DNA of 30,569 nt from Patescibacteria group bacterium. GTDB taxonomy: Bacteria; Patescibacteriota; Patescibacteriia; Patescibacteriales; GWC2-42-12. This document shows, one piece after another, positions 16,854 to 25,541 of this stretch. Location: NCBI GenBank assembly GCA_018827685.1, contig JAHJXD010000016.1, positions 1 through 30,569 on the forward strand, written 5' to 3'. The notes below the pieces were generated by a model. That model worked only from the letters and a program-made list of their open reading frames with translations. It did no database searches and was not told the DNA's origin. How positions within the stretch are numbered: position 1 is the stretch's first letter; the number at the start of each line of letters is the position of its first letter. The position numbers and the translations under genes were made by a program.

Positions 16854-17429
16854 ATGATCTCATATTTAAAAGGAAAAATTAAGCACAAAGGTAATGGTTT
16901 TGTGATACTGGAGGTAAATAATATCGGTTATCAGATTTTTATTTCGCCTTTGCTTTATACTGATTTAAGCCTTAATCAAGAGATTGAATTTTTTACCTAT
17001 CAACAGGTGCGAGAAGACGCTTTGAATTTATACGGTTTTAAAAGTTCGACAGAACTGGAACTGTTTGAATTATTGCTTTCCATTTCAGGAATTGGTCCAA
17101 GATCGGCTTTAGCAGTTATGTCTATCGCTACTGTGTCTGACATTAAAGATTCAATTTCCAGGGGCGATTCAGCGCTGCTCACTAAAGTTTCCGGCATCGG
17201 CCGTAAAACCGCAGAAAGAGTAGTTTTGGAGTTAAGAGAAAAAATTGGTAAATTGGCAGTTGGTAATGACAAAATTGGCAGAAGCCAATTAGGCTCAAGC
17301 GATGAGATAGACGCTTTAATGGCTTTAGGCTATTCGTTCTCGCAAGCGCGCGAGGCTTTAAATAATGTTGACGCGGAAATAAAAGATAGCGGAGAAAGAA
17401 TCAGACAGGCGTTGAAAAAATTGGGATAG
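16854..17429 (+). CDS. ruvA: Holliday junction branch migration protein RuvA
   Basis: MISYLKG, VNNIGY, VREDALNLYGF, SGIGP and SGIGRKTAERVVLELREK HhH motifs, DALMALGY. Start moved to 16854. Confidence 0.97.
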   Translation: MISYLKGKIKHKGNGFVILEVNNIGYQIFISPLLYTDLSLNQEIEFFTYQQVREDALNLYGFKSSTELELFELLLSISGIGPRSALAVMSIATVSDIKDSISRGDSALLTKVSGIGRKTAERVVLELREKIGKLAVGNDKIGRSQLGSSDEIDALMALGYSFSQAREALNNVDAEIKDSGERIRQALKKLG

Positions 17430-17476
17430 TAAGGAGAAGGGTCTTATTAGATAGACAAGTTCTATACTGCGTTTTA

Positions 17477-17523
17477 TTGACTTTTTTAGTGCGTTTTGGT
17501 AAATTGACAATATGGTCAAATTA
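17477..17523 (+). promoter_or_regulatory. abiE promoter with overlapping inverted-repeat operator
   Basis: TTGACT (17477-17482), 17 bp, TAAATT (17500-17505). The dyad TAAATTGAC-N6-GTCAAATTA (17500-17523) spans the -10 and the ATG. Confidence 0.6.
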
Positions 17524-18111
17524 GTGAATCAAACAATTTTTGCGGCTAAGATAAAGGATAAAAAGCTCTATATATTTAACTCAAACAATATTTGCTCACT
17601 TTTTGGCGTGTCTGCCATTGCCGCATCCGCCCTGCTCCATAGATATAAAAAACAAGGGTTTATTTTACAACTTAAGCGCGGATCTTATGTTTTTCCGGAT
17701 GTTTTGCCTCCGGATGTTTATATTGCTAACAAACTTTACAGTCCGTCCTATATTTCTCTTGAATTTGCCTTGTCTTATCATGGCGTGATCCCCGAAACGG
17801 TTTATGAGATTACTTCAGTCACCACGAAAGCTACTCGCCGCTTTGAAACATTAGGAAAAATTTTTTCTTACCGTACGATAAAAAAGGCCGCTTATACCGG
17901 TTATGGCGCCGAGAAGCAGGCAGGGTTAAGTTTTTATATCGCTGATGCAGAGAAAGCGTTTGTGGATACGAATTATTTACGGCTGATGAATAAGCAGAAG
18001 CCGATCTCTCGCTTTAATAAAGAAAAAATCGATTCTAAAAAAGCCTTACGCTACGCAGAATTATTTAGCAATAATAAACTTCTAAGTATTATAAAAACTA
18101 CATTACCATGA
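17512..18111 (+). CDS. abiEi: Type IV TA antitoxin, AbiEi family
   Basis: N-terminal wHTH (LHRYKKQGFILQLKRGSY), PSYISLEFALSYHG, IADAEKAFVD. ATGA overlap with the toxin gene. Confidence 0.88.
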   Translation: MVKLVNQTIFAAKIKDKKLYIFNSNNICSLFGVSAIAASALLHRYKKQGFILQLKRGSYVFPDVLPPDVYIANKLYSPSYISLEFALSYHGVIPETVYEITSVTTKATRRFETLGKIFSYRTIKKAAYTGYGAEKQAGLSFYIADAEKAFVDTNYLRLMNKQKPISRFNKEKIDSKKALRYAELFSNNKLLSIIKTTLP

Positions 18112-18869
18112 TTACCAACGAGGCACTTGAAAAATTGTCACGGCAATATCAAACTGGCGTGTTTCCTAACATCATCCGCGAGTATTTTCAGCATATTTTT
18201 TTGGGAGAACTTTATAAATTGTCGCCGGCGAAACAACTGCTTTTTAAGGGTGGCACCGCGCTTCGCATCATCTATAATAGTCCGAGATTTTCTGAAGACT
18301 TAGATTTTTCGTTATTCGGAGTTTCACCGCCTCAAATTAAATTTTTCGTGGAAGAATTATTTGTGATGGTTCTGGTGGAGATGGAACGAATCGGAATTAA
18401 GGTTGAAATAGGCGCAAAATCAGATGTGACAACCGGAGGATATTTCGGCGTGGCTACTTTTAAAATGTTTGAGTATCAGCCGGTAGGCGTTACAATTAAT
18501 GTATCGTCGCGCAATGGTCGGAGTGTTGCCGGCGAAGTGGACAGCGTTGCCAACAATTTTGTGCCCACCTATACGACTATCCATCTTCCGCAAAAAGAGC
18601 TGGTGGAGGAAAAGATTTTTGGCGCGCTTCGCGAGCGCAAGAAGCCACGCGATTTTTATGATTTATATTTTATTATGCGCAAGGGCATGCTTTCGCCGGA
18701 TCAAAAAATACAGCTTGCTAAAGTCAAGGATGAGATTGTCGCGGATGCGAAAAAGATAGATTTTCGCGGCGAACTCGGCGCTTTTTTGCCGGCTGACCAG
18801 CAAGCAATTATTCGCGATTTTCCAGCTATGCTTGAGCGTGAGCTTAATCGCCAGCTAAGCGGAGTATGA
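18108..18869 (+). CDS. abiEii: Type IV TA toxin, AbiEii nucleotidyltransferase
   Basis: FKGGTALR, RFSEDLDF, KPRDFYDL. Confidence 0.92.
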   Translation: MITNEALEKLSRQYQTGVFPNIIREYFQHIFLGELYKLSPAKQLLFKGGTALRIIYNSPRFSEDLDFSLFGVSPPQIKFFVEELFVMVLVEMERIGIKVEIGAKSDVTTGGYFGVATFKMFEYQPVGVTINVSSRNGRSVAGEVDSVANNFVPTYTTIHLPQKELVEEKIFGALRERKKPRDFYDLYFIMRKGMLSPDQKIQLAKVKDEIVADAKKIDFRGELGAFLPADQQAIIRDFPAMLERELNRQLSGV

Positions 18870-18907
18870 AAATTTCTATCCGAAAGAGCATGCGGCCACA
18901 GTCCCAT
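18865..18907 (+). repeat. Right half of the family B element
   Basis: 38/43 identical to 14904-14946. Begins at TATGAAA, which contains the abiEii stop codon. Confidence 0.8.
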
Positions 18908-18930
18908 CAAAATACCTTGCCATTGCGAGG

Positions 18931-19018
18931 TAATTAGTTAGCGGAAACTTGGCTTAAAGTATGAATTTTATAAATCACCAAAATTGTGGACAAATAATTT
19001 TTACACAGAAACTAATTA
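18931..19018. mobile_element. Shortened inverted copy of family A
   Basis: 18940-19018 is the reverse complement of 2866-2944 (78/79). Ends are TAATTAGTT...AACTAATTA. Confidence 0.8.
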
Positions 19019-19023
19019 CATAA

Positions 19024-20001
19024 ATGCAAATAATTGATATAACAGACAAAAAACAGTTAAATGATTTTGTGGGCGGACAGGAGCACGCCCAGTTTTTGCA
19101 ATCGTGGCAGTGGGGAGAATTTCAAAAAGATGTAAGCGGGTTTGTTCGGCGCATCGGCGTTGAAGACAGAGGGCAACTAGTAGCGTCGGCTAAGCTGGTA
19201 AAAAAGCAATTACCAATGGGCCGAAGTTATTTTTATTGCGGGCGCGGGCCGATTATAGGCGATATGAAGAAGATGGGAGTAATCACGAATGAATTATTTA
19301 ATACCATTAAGGAATTGGCAGAGGAACAAGGCGTGATGTTTTTAAGATTTGAGCCGGTTTATGAATTTAAAATTTCCGATTTTTCATTTCCAATTTCCCA
19401 AACCATTGATGTCCAGCCGAGCCAAACGTTGATTTTAGATTTAACAAAATCTGAAAATGAAATTTTGCAAGCCATGCATCAAAAAACTCGCTACAATATT
19501 CGTTTAGCCGAAAAAAGAGGTGTAAAAATTGTGGAGGCTGGAGCTGATCGTTTTGAAGAATTTTGGCAACTGCTAACTTCTACAGGTGATCGAGATAATT
19601 TTAATCTGCATGGTCGCAGCTATTATCAGGCTATGTTAAAAACGGATAGCAGTTTTGTAAAATTATTGTTTGCCCAATATCAGGGCAAGTCGTTGGTTGG
19701 CAATTTAGTAATTTTTTTCGGCGACACTGCCACTTATATCCATGGCGGCTCATCAAATGATAACCGCGAAGTTATGGCGCCATACGCCATGCAATGGCAT
19801 AATATCAAGCTGGCCAAACAATTAGGTTATAAATATTATGATTTTCACGGCATTGATAAAACCAAATGGCCAGGAGTGACTCGTTTTAAAACAGGTTTTG
19901 GCGGTCAAGCCATAATTTACCCAGGGACATTTGATTTGGTTTATGATGCCGGATGGTACAACATTTATAAAATGGTCAGAAAAATTAGGAGAACGTTTTA
20001 A
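19024..20001 (+). CDS. FemAB/FemX-family tRNA-dependent peptidoglycan aminoacyltransferase
   Basis: FLQSWQWG, GRGP, QP..TLILDL, HQKTRYNIRLAEKRGV, YDFHG, GVTRFKTGFGG. Confidence 0.93.
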   Translation: MQIIDITDKKQLNDFVGGQEHAQFLQSWQWGEFQKDVSGFVRRIGVEDRGQLVASAKLVKKQLPMGRSYFYCGRGPIIGDMKKMGVITNELFNTIKELAEEQGVMFLRFEPVYEFKISDFSFPISQTIDVQPSQTLILDLTKSENEILQAMHQKTRYNIRLAEKRGVKIVEAGADRFEEFWQLLTSTGDRDNFNLHGRSYYQAMLKTDSSFVKLLFAQYQGKSLVGNLVIFFGDTATYIHGGSSNDNREVMAPYAMQWHNIKLAKQLGYKYYDFHGIDKTKWPGVTRFKTGFGGQAIIYPGTFDLVYDAGWYNIYKMVRKIRRTF

Positions 20002-20017
20002 AAATTTACATTTTGTA

Positions 20018-20182
20018 ATTAGACCTACTGCATAATAACTTATTACTGCAATTTCCATATTTTGGCTAAATTTTCTAAAAATTTTTTCAGCTTAGCTCAG
20101 GCTAAACCTTAAAAATTGTTTAAAAAATTTATCTCAAAATCTGAAAATTTCGTTACATAATTTATTATGCAGTAGGCCTATT
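20018..20182. mobile_element. 165-bp element with 21-bp TIRs (family C), interior homologous to family B
   Basis: ATTAGACCTACTGCATAATAA vs the reverse complement of 20162-20182, AATAGGCCTACTGCATAATAA: 19/21. Interior about 20050-20150 aligns by eye with about 14812-14915. Confidence 0.7.
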
Positions 20183-20194
20183 GAAAAAATTATT

Positions 20195-21676
20195 ATGGAC
20201 CGACTATTACATATTATAAAAAAATATATTCCGGTTAAATTATTTAAGGCTTTGCAACCAGCCTATCATTTTTTATTAAGCTTAATTGCTTCAGTCTGGT
20301 ACGGTTGGCCTTCGAATAAACTTATTGTTATTGGCGTAACAGGCACTACGGGTAAAACAACCAGTGTTTATTTAATTGCTAAAATGTTAACTTCAGCCGG
20401 GTATAAAACCGGCTTTACTTCAACGGCTATTTTTAATGACGGTCAAACCGAATGGTTGAATAATAAAAAAATGACCATGGCAGGCAGATTTTTTACCCAA
20501 AAAATGCTAAAAAAAATGGTAAAAAATAACTGTAAGTACGCTATAGTGGAAACCACTTCGCAAGGAGTTGAACAGTTTCGCCATAAATTCATAAATTACG
20601 ACATTTTAATTTTTACAGGTCTTTATCCTGAGCACATTGAAGCTCATGGCGGTTTTGAAAATTATAAACAGGCTAAAGGCAAGTTGTTCTCGCATTTACA
20701 ACAATGCAAAACCAAATATGCCAATGATAAAAAGCAAGTGGTTAAAGCTGAGAATGGTTTTAAAAAAATACAAGCTAATCGGGTCAAAAAGACCATTATT
20801 GCTAACCTCGATGATAAATATGTTGATTTCTTTTTGTCGTTTTGGGCTGAAGAAAAGTTTATCTATACAAAAAAAAATGAAAATTCGCCAACTAGTGAAG
20901 TAAAATTAACGAATGATAAAACGCAAGTTGTAAAATATGGCGATGTTAAATCAAATAAAACCGGGGTGAGTTTTAAAGTGAAAGATAACACAACAATTAA
21001 TTTAAAACAGTTAGGCGAATATAACGCGGCTAATGCCATGACCGCGGTTTGTTTAGGGCTTAGTCAAAAAATAAATTTGGAAAAAATAAAAATTGGTTTG
21101 GAAAAAATTAAAAGCATCCCCGGCAGGATGGAGTTGATAACCTCATCCAAGTTATTTTCTTCTAAGGCAGGAGCAGGAGGTTGGACGATTATAGTTGATT
21201 ACGCTTTTGAACCTGAGGCTTTAAAAAAAATATACAGCACAATTTTAAAATTAGAGCATAATAAAATAATTCATGTTTTAGGTTCGGCAGGCGGTGGTCG
21301 AGATATAGCGCGCCGACCAAAGATAGGCGGTCTGGCTGGAAAGAAAGCTGATATTGTGATTGTAACTAACGAAGATCCGTATGACGATGATCCGAACATG
21401 ATTATTGCTCAAGTGGCGGTCGGAGCGGTTAACGCCGGCAAAAAAGAAAATGAAAATTTATTTAAAATAGAAGACAGGCGAGAGGCTATTAAAAAAGCCT
21501 TGTCATTGGCTGAAACTGGCGATATAGTTTTAATTACAGGTAAAGGTTGCGAGCAGGCGATTTGCATAGCCGCGGGAAAAAAAATTAAGTGGGATGACAG
21601 AGATGTGGCGCGAGAAGAATTAAAGAAGTTGGAATTAAAAAGTGAGAAATATATGGCTAAAATTAAAGAAAATTAA
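20195..21676 (+). CDS. murE: UDP-N-acetylmuramoyl-tripeptide synthetase
   Basis: GVTGTTGKTT P-loop, ETTSQG, PEHIEAHG, IPGRME, VDYA, GGGRD, LITGKG. Confidence 0.92.
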   Translation: MDRLLHIIKKYIPVKLFKALQPAYHFLLSLIASVWYGWPSNKLIVIGVTGTTGKTTSVYLIAKMLTSAGYKTGFTSTAIFNDGQTEWLNNKKMTMAGRFFTQKMLKKMVKNNCKYAIVETTSQGVEQFRHKFINYDILIFTGLYPEHIEAHGGFENYKQAKGKLFSHLQQCKTKYANDKKQVVKAENGFKKIQANRVKKTIIANLDDKYVDFFLSFWAEEKFIYTKKNENSPTSEVKLTNDKTQVVKYGDVKSNKTGVSFKVKDNTTINLKQLGEYNAANAMTAVCLGLSQKINLEKIKIGLEKIKSIPGRMELITSSKLFSSKAGAGGWTIIVDYAFEPEALKKIYSTILKLEHNKIIHVLGSAGGGRDIARRPKIGGLAGKKADIVIVTNEDPYDDDPNMIIAQVAVGAVNAGKKENENLFKIEDRREAIKKALSLAETGDIVLITGKGCEQAICIAAGKKIKWDDRDVAREELKKLELKSEKYMAKIKEN

Positions 21677-21726
21677 ATAGGCTTGCGTAATTTTATAAAA
21701 TTGCCTTGACAAATCCTTACAAACCA

Positions 21727-21755
21727 TTGACAAGTTTAATGATTGTTGTTAGTAT
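21727..21755 (+). promoter_or_regulatory. Promoter upstream of rpoBC
   Basis: TTGACA (21727-21732), 17 bp, TAGTAT (21750-21755), with TG upstream of the -10. A second TTGACA lies at 21706. Confidence 0.6.
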
Positions 21756-21988
21756 TTAAAATACATTAATCTAATATCTTTCACATATTTTAAATCTTAA
21801 ATAAGTGAAGACCTATCTCATCAATTAAATATTTTGCGACAGTCCCATAACTCACGGTTCATAGAAAACTGATTGGGGGGGGTTTTTGTTTTTGAGTTAC
21901 ATAATGGAATAGTTTCAATAAATAAAATACGAATGTGGCAAATTATTAAGCAAGTCTAAAAATATAAAATAATCATAATATATTTCAT

Positions 21989-24900
21989 ATGACTACGAAA
22001 ATAAAACGAGGCGACCGAATATTTTTTACTGAAACTAAGGCGGCGATTGATCCGCCTGATTTAATTGAAATTCAAAAAAATTCTTATAATTGGTTTTTGC
22101 ACGATGGGCTTAAAGATTTATTTGAAGAAATTTCTCCTATAACCGATTTCATCGGCCGCAACCTTGAATTATGCTTAGAGGATTATTATTTAGACGAACC
22201 TAAATTTGATGAAAGCGACAGCAAAGCTAAAAATATTACCTATGAAGCATCACTTAGGGTTAAGGCTAAATTATCAAATAAAAAATCCGGTCAGAGCGTA
22301 TCTCAAGAAGTATTTTTGGGAGATTTTCCTTTAATGACTAAAAACGGCACTTTTATAGTTAATGGTATTGAAAGAGTGGTGGTTTCACAGTTAATTAGAA
22401 GCACCGGAGTTATTTTTACTTCAGAATTTATTAAAGGCAAAAAATATTACGGCGCTAAAGTTATACCTAATCGAGGCGCTTGGCTTGAAATTGAAACTGA
22501 CATGAATGATGTAATTTGGGTTAGGATAGACAGAAAAAGAAAAGTTGCTATTACTTCTTTATTTAGAGCTTTTGGTTATTCAACCGATGAAGAAATAAAA
22601 CAGTTGTTTGCCAACGGCGAAGTGGTTGCTGGAATTGACGGCCAGAAGAGTTTGCCAGACTATATTGAAGCCACCTTAAGTAAAGACGCGGCTAAAAACG
22701 AGACTGAAGGCTTGAAAGAAGTTTATAAAAGAATTAGGCCTGGTGATTTGGCCACGACCGATAATGCCAGGCAATTAATTCATTCCATGTTTTTTAGATT
22801 TGATCGTTATGATTTTGATCGAGTCGGTCGCTATAAGATGAATAAGCGGTTTGGTCAAAATGTTCCTAATAATAAAGAGAACAGAGTTTTAAGAAGAGAA
22901 GATTTGGTTGCTATTGTCAAAGAAGTTGTAAGATTAAATATTACTCAAGACAGAGAAGATGATATAGATCATTTAGGCAATCGCCGCATTAGAGCTGTTG
23001 GAGAATTAATCCAAAATAAATTTAGAATCGGCTTGACCAGAATGGAGAGAATTGTAAGAGACAGAATGAGCATTATGGACATAAATAATTTAACGCCGAA
23101 TAAATTAATTAACGCTCGTCCGGTAATTAGCGTGGTTAAAGAATTTTTTATGTCTTCGCAGTTGTCGCAATTTATGGACCAGACCAATCCTTTAGCCGAG
23201 CTTGAACATAAGCGCAGATTGTCAGCCATGGGTCCGGGCGGGTTAACCCGTGAACGCGCCGGCTTTGAAGTACGCGATGTGCATACTACTCACTATGGCC
23301 GTATTTGCCCTATTGCTACTCCAGAAGGCCCAAATATCGGCTTGGTCGGCCATTTGGCCAGTTATGCCAGGCTTAATAGTTATGGTTTTATTGAAGCGCC
23401 TTACCGAGCGGTTTTGCATGATGTGGAAAACGAGCCGGCTAAAACTTTAGATAAAATCGCGCGTGAAGATATTTATGAACTTAAGGGCGATAAAAAAGGC
23501 AAATTGATTATTAAAGCCGGACAGGTTATTGATAAAGAGATTGCGATTGAATTAAAAGAAAAAATGGGTCATATTACTATTCCGATTGTGCCGGTTTTAG
23601 ATAAAAATATTATTTATCTTGATGCTGTTGAAGAGGAAAAATATATTACCACGGTCGCGACTACCCCTGTTGATGCCAAAGGATATTTTTTAGTTGAAAA
23701 AGCCGAGGCCAGAAGATATGGTAAGCCATCTCTTGAACCAGTGGAAAAAATAGATTTAATCGGTGTCGCGCCCAACCAAATCGTTTCTGTGGCCACTTCT
23801 TTGATTCCTTTTTTGGAACATAATGATGGCATTAGGGCTTTAATGGGAACTAATATGCAACGTCAGGCTGTACCATTAATAACGGCCGAAGCGCCGATCG
23901 TTGGCACTGGCATGGAAGCTAGAGCCGCTACAGATTCAGGGCATATTATTTTGGCCGACGACGATGGCGAGATCGTTAAAATGGATGGCGGATCGATTGA
24001 ATTAAAAGATAAAAAAGGAAAAATTACCAAATATATTTTAAATAAATTTTTGCGCTCTAACGCTTCAACCTGCATAAATCAACGTCCGATTGTTAATCGC
24101 GGAGATAAAGTAACAAAAGGCGATGTTTTAACCAATAGTTCGGCCATAGATAACGGCGAATTGTCCTTAGGGCGCAATGTGTTAGTGGGTTTTATGAGCT
24201 GGGAAGGTTTTAATTATGAAGACGCGATAATTATTTCCGAACGTTTGATAAAAGAAGATGTTTATTCTTCAATTCATATAGAAAATTATACAATTGATGT
24301 ACGTGATACCAAGCTTGGACCAGAATTAATAACTAATGATATTCCTAATATCAGCGAGGAAAAATTAAAAGACTTGGATGAACGCGGTGTTGTCCGAATT
24401 AGCGCCGAAGTTTCTTCCGGAGATATTTTAGTGGGTAAAATTACGCCTAAGGGTGAAACTGAATTGTCGGCTGAAGAAAAACTTTTACATGCGATTTTTG
24501 GCGAAAAAGCTAAAGACGTTAGAGACTCTTCATTATATTTAGAGCATGGCGAACATGGTAAAGTAGTTGATATTAAAATATTTTCGCGCGAAGACGGGGA
24601 TAAGCTATCTGCCGGAGTAATTCAATCAATTCAGGTAACCGTAGCTAATTTAAGAAAAATTCAAATAGGAGATAAAATGGCTGGCCGGCATGGTAACAAA
24701 GGCGTTATTTCTAAAGTCGTGCCGATTGAAGATATGCCTTATTTAGCTGATGGTACGCCGATTGACCTAATTTTATCTCCTTTAGGCGTGGTTTCAAGAA
24801 TGAATTTAGGCCAGTTGCTTGAAACTCATTTGGGTTATGCGGCTAAAAAATTGAATTATAAAATAGCCGTACCGCCGCTTAACAGCATTAGCGAAGCGCA

Positions 24901-25438
24901 AATTAAAGAAGAATTGAAAAAGTCTGGCTTGCCAACTAATGGCAAGGTAACTCTTTATGATGGCAAAACCGGCGAGGCTTATGACAACCAAGTAGTGGTT
25001 GGCTATAAATATATGTTGAAATTAAGTCATATGGTTGAAGATAAGATACATCAACGTTCAACCGGTCCATACTCTTTAATTACTCAACAGCCTTTAGGAG
25101 GTAAAGCTCAATTTGGCGGTCAACGTTTTGGTGAAATGGAAGTTTGGGCGCTTGAAGCTTATGGCGCGGCTCATTGCTTGCAAGAAATATTAACCATTAA
25201 ATCGGACGATGTGCCAGGCAGAAGCAAAGCTTATGAAGCAATTATTAAAGGAGAGCCGATTAGAAAATTAAACGTTCCAGAATCATTTAACGTTTTGGTG
25301 CGCGAACTTAAAGGTTTGTGCTTAGACGTGGAATTAATGCAAGGCGATCAGGTAATAAATTTAGAGCGCCAAGCAGATGACAAACCTGTTGATGAAGCGG
25401 AAAAAAGAAATACTTATGAAGAAAGGGCTGAAAAATAA
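21989..25438 (+). CDS. rpoB: DNA-directed RNA polymerase subunit beta
   Basis: SQLSQFMDQTNP, HYGRICP, ALMGTNMQRQA, GDKMAGRHGNKG, GGQRFGEMEVWALEAYG. Confidence 0.99.
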   Translation: MTTKIKRGDRIFFTETKAAIDPPDLIEIQKNSYNWFLHDGLKDLFEEISPITDFIGRNLELCLEDYYLDEPKFDESDSKAKNITYEASLRVKAKLSNKKSGQSVSQEVFLGDFPLMTKNGTFIVNGIERVVVSQLIRSTGVIFTSEFIKGKKYYGAKVIPNRGAWLEIETDMNDVIWVRIDRKRKVAITSLFRAFGYSTDEEIKQLFANGEVVAGIDGQKSLPDYIEATLSKDAAKNETEGLKEVYKRIRPGDLATTDNARQLIHSMFFRFDRYDFDRVGRYKMNKRFGQNVPNNKENRVLRREDLVAIVKEVVRLNITQDREDDIDHLGNRRIRAVGELIQNKFRIGLTRMERIVRDRMSIMDINNLTPNKLINARPVISVVKEFFMSSQLSQFMDQTNPLAELEHKRRLSAMGPGGLTRERAGFEVRDVHTTHYGRICPIATPEGPNIGLVGHLASYARLNSYGFIEAPYRAVLHDVENEPAKTLDKIAREDIYELKGDKKGKLIIKAGQVIDKEIAIELKEKMGHITIPIVPVLDKNIIYLDAVEEEKYITTVATTPVDAKGYFLVEKAEARRYGKPSLEPVEKIDLIGVAPNQIVSVATSLIPFLEHNDGIRALMGTNMQRQAVPLITAEAPIVGTGMEARAATDSGHIILADDDGEIVKMDGGSIELKDKKGKITKYILNKFLRSNASTCINQRPIVNRGDKVTKGDVLTNSSAIDNGELSLGRNVLVGFMSWEGFNYEDAIIISERLIKEDVYSSIHIENYTIDVRDTKLGPELITNDIPNISEEKLKDLDERGVVRISAEVSSGDILVGKITPKGETELSAEEKLLHAIFGEKAKDVRDSSLYLEHGEHGKVVDIKIFSREDGDKLSAGVIQSIQVTVANLRKIQIGDKMAGRHGNKGVISKVVPIEDMPYLADGTPIDLILSPLGVVSRMNLGQLLETHLGYAAKKLNYKIAVPPLNSISEAQIKEELKKSGLPTNGKVTLYDGKTGEAYDNQVVVGYKYMLKLSHMVEDKIHQRSTGPYSLITQQPLGGKAQFGGQRFGEMEVWALEAYGAAHCLQEILTIKSDDVPGRSKAYEAIIKGEPIRKLNVPESFNVLVRELKGLCLDVELMQGDQVINLERQADDKPVDEAEKRNTYEERAEK

Positions 25439-25541
25439 AATAGTTGCATTGGCGATAAAAATTAGATATTAAAAATTTTAAATTTGGGAATTAGCAAGCA
25501 CTTGATAAGCGGAAAAAATAATTTAAATATTTTACATCAAT

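Noticed and set aside
23140-23240. Rifampicin-resistance substitutions in RpoB
   Set aside because: The key Q, D, H and S residues of cluster I (SQFMDQ...HKRRLS) are all the sensitive type.
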